From NCBI GenBank assembly GCA_965223425.1, contig CBDCWS010000001.1, positions 40,572 through 104,571 on the forward strand: 64,000 nucleotides of DNA, read 5' to 3'. Each line of letters opens with the position of its first letter. The stretch's first letter is position 1. This document shows, piece by piece, positions 62,336 to 64,000 of the stretch. The notes beneath the pieces are model-generated. The model saw only the letters and a program-made list of their open reading frames with translations, had not been told where the DNA came from and ran no database searches. Source of the DNA: Nitrosopumilus sp. (lineage in GTDB: Archaea > Thermoproteota > Nitrososphaeria > Nitrososphaerales > Nitrosopumilaceae). The position numbers were made by a program, and so were the translations under genes.

Positions 62336-62874
62336 TGGGATTCTCCTTTGCGTGCTTTCTCGACCTTTATCGCGCTCGCCTCAATCTCGGCAAGCAACTT
62401 AAACACCTCTGCCTCGCCTACATCAAGACTCGACAGACTGAAGGACAGACTACCTAACAACTTATGCAATTCATTCGCAGGCATCGCCTCAAGTCGCTTT
62501 TCAATGTCTAATTTGGGTGGCTTGCGCAGAATTTCATCAACGGTGATCTCATCAAACATCAACGTGATCTCAACGTCTCCTGTGCTGATTGACATCTCAT
62601 TATCAACTTCATCACAGGGAAAATACGCCTTATCAACGGCTTTGCGTCCTTGATCATCAATCCATCTACGGACGATCATCCCGTCACACTTGCCTGTAAA
62701 GAACGCTTTAGCGTCCGCATTCGACATCTGAGGAAATCGCTTTAGCATCTCCGCCACGTCGTAAATCGGAAGATCAACGGCATCACTGCTGCCTTCCTCC
62801 CATTCCGCGACGATGTGAACGCCTAACGCCTTGATCGCTATAACTCTGATCTGTGCTTTGATCTCGGATAACAT
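62332..62874 (-). CDS. Hypothetical protein
   Basis: AGGAG RBS. Confidence 0.65.
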   Translation of the reverse strand: MLSEIKAQIRVIAIKALGVHIVAEWEEGSSDAVDLPIYDVAEMLKRFPQMSNADAKAFFTGKCDGMIVRRWIDDQGRKAVDKAYFPCDEVDNEMSISTGDVEITLMFDEITVDEILRKPPKLDIEKRLEAMPANELHKLLGSLSFSLSSLDVGEAEVFKLLAEIEASAIKVEKARKGESQ

Positions 62875-62914
62875 GCTTTCTCTCCTATAAATGATAAAGG
62901 ACGCGCCTGATCGC

Positions 62915-63226
62915 TTATTCTAACTCAAAACCGATCGCCTTCAAATAAACGGCGTAGGCTTCGGCGACTTGCTTGTGATACATCACGAATGCATCGACTT
63001 CCAAATAACACTTATCAGGAAGATACAGGCTCGCATCCGTCGGATATTGCTTGATCGCGTCATCGCAATCGACGTAACGCTTGTTGATCTCTTTTAACGC
63101 CTGCTGGTAGGTTTTCGCAGGTGTTCTATCTTCTGCCGTCTCCGACGGTGACGAGATCGCTATACACACCGAGACGATCAGCGACACGACGGCGAGACTT
63201 ACGAGTGTATGCACAAAAGTTTTCAT
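62915..63226 (-). CDS. Secreted/membrane hypothetical protein, first gene of the array
   Basis: AAGGAG RBS; N-terminal hydrophobic segment. Confidence 0.65.
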   Translation of the reverse strand: MKTFVHTLVSLAVVSLIVSVCIAISSPSETAEDRTPAKTYQQALKEINKRYVDCDDAIKQYPTDASLYLPDKCYLEVDAFVMYHKQVAEAYAVYLKAIGFELE

Positions 63227-63466
63227 CAGATTGCTCCTTGTTGGTTCTACCGTGCCGTCGCTTGTATGGCACTTGGTAGGTGGACTTGCCTAACCTCTCT
63301 GGGCTGGGGCTGCCTTTTCTTGCTTGATTTGTTCTGGCTTTCGTTGCGCACATTTCCGATAAATGTGCGTCCGTTGGCTGACTTACTAGCGTTTCCCCCT
63401 TTCTCTTTTTTTTTTTTAGACCTTGATTTTCATTGACACCGTTAGCATATCACTATGAGGGTGTCC

Positions 63467-63505
63467 GCTATACCACATTATACCACATTTTTCAAGTTAT
63501 TTCAA
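63467..63505 (-). promoter_or_regulatory. Tandem overlapping sigma70 promoters at the head of the array
   Basis: TTGAAA-17-TATAAT (63505 to 63477, with a TG extension) and TTGAAA-17-TATAGC offset by 10 bp, produced by two 10-bp tandem duplications. Confidence 0.75.
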
Positions 63506-64000
63506 GTTATTTTGTTAGTTTGTTAGGTATTTGTTGCTGTTTTGTTAGTATGTATACCCGAAAAGTGGCAGAAAAGTGGGACAGCGTTGCAAGCACGGAC
63601 GCTGATGTTTAGGGGGTTTTTGGCTTCTGTAGGCGTGATGTTGAATGCTACACAAGCTGTCTTGTGTAGCATTCGGCATCAAACACCGAACACGCAACCT
63701 CGCTTTTCGGAATACTTTCGGCTGGCTGGGCGTGAGAATGCAGAGGATCGGAAAAATGGGACTCCTGAATTTTGGGAGGGGTATCGGCGTGTAGGAAAAT
63801 AACGGGTTTTCCACGCCCGCACGGGGGACTGGTCGTTGAAACGTAAAAATAAGAAAAAAATAAAAAAAAGGAAGAATTGCTTACAGCAGAAAAGAGGATA
63901 TTGGGGTAAATTAGAGGGGTATAAAGTCAAGCGGCACGCGGGTTCGTTCTTACACGGAATTTCATTGTTTTCGGGGTGGAATTGCGGAGGGAAATCCGGT

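Larger units (their letters stand above)
54964..62907 (-). repeat. Family of intergenic GGCGCG hairpin/RBS units punctuating the small-gene array
   Basis: Units at 54964-54987, 56081-56105, 56121-56141, 58502-58520, 59080-59102, 60079-60099, 60514-60523 (half), 61057-61083, 61344-61364, 61590-61615, 62066-62088, 62899-62907 (half). Confidence 0.8.

Noticed and set aside
54964-62907. Classical integron attC array or CRISPR
   Set aside because: The units are only ~20-27 bp, lack RYYYAAC/GTTRRRY cores and are separated by whole genes; the nearby recombinase shows no obvious IntI-specific insertion.
63540-64000. ORFs or origin at the right edge
   Set aside because: Low-complexity A-rich sequence; no iterons or convincing ORF could be supported within the window.

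Overview
A 64-kb accessory region, probably from Candidatus Poribacteria. This is an inference from the lamin-tail/Ig surface protein, the ECF-sigma/beta-propeller fusion and the C-terminal GKxxxTWxxLK motif; no database search was run. About 1-41 kb is host-type secreted and membrane genes plus an ABC/NEW3/TolC/ECF operon, heavily interrupted by IS elements (2x TnpB, 2x IS982, IS701, IS4-like, IS5-like, 2x IS630, IS3) and short palindromic repeats, with many pseudogenes. About 41-64 kb is a decaying plasmid/ICE/prophage-like element: ParA-RHH with a repeat array, a RelE-type TA pair, an IS3-split OLD-like nuclease, two short tyrosine recombinases, ParB-like, LexA-DBD, RadC and DUF7007-like genes, and a long minus-strand train of small genes. 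The four most unusual observations are: (1) a covarying 64-nt pseudoknot in front of both tnpB genes; (2) a small-gene array in which most gene junctions carry a GGCGCG hairpin followed by an RBS, one of them with a tRNA-like T-arm; (3) repeated 3' tails of a Cre-like recombinase bordering cargo genes; (4) about 85-bp cruciform insertions with shared TCGGA...TCCGC ends inside transposon genes. No CRISPR array, rRNA or true tRNA was seen.
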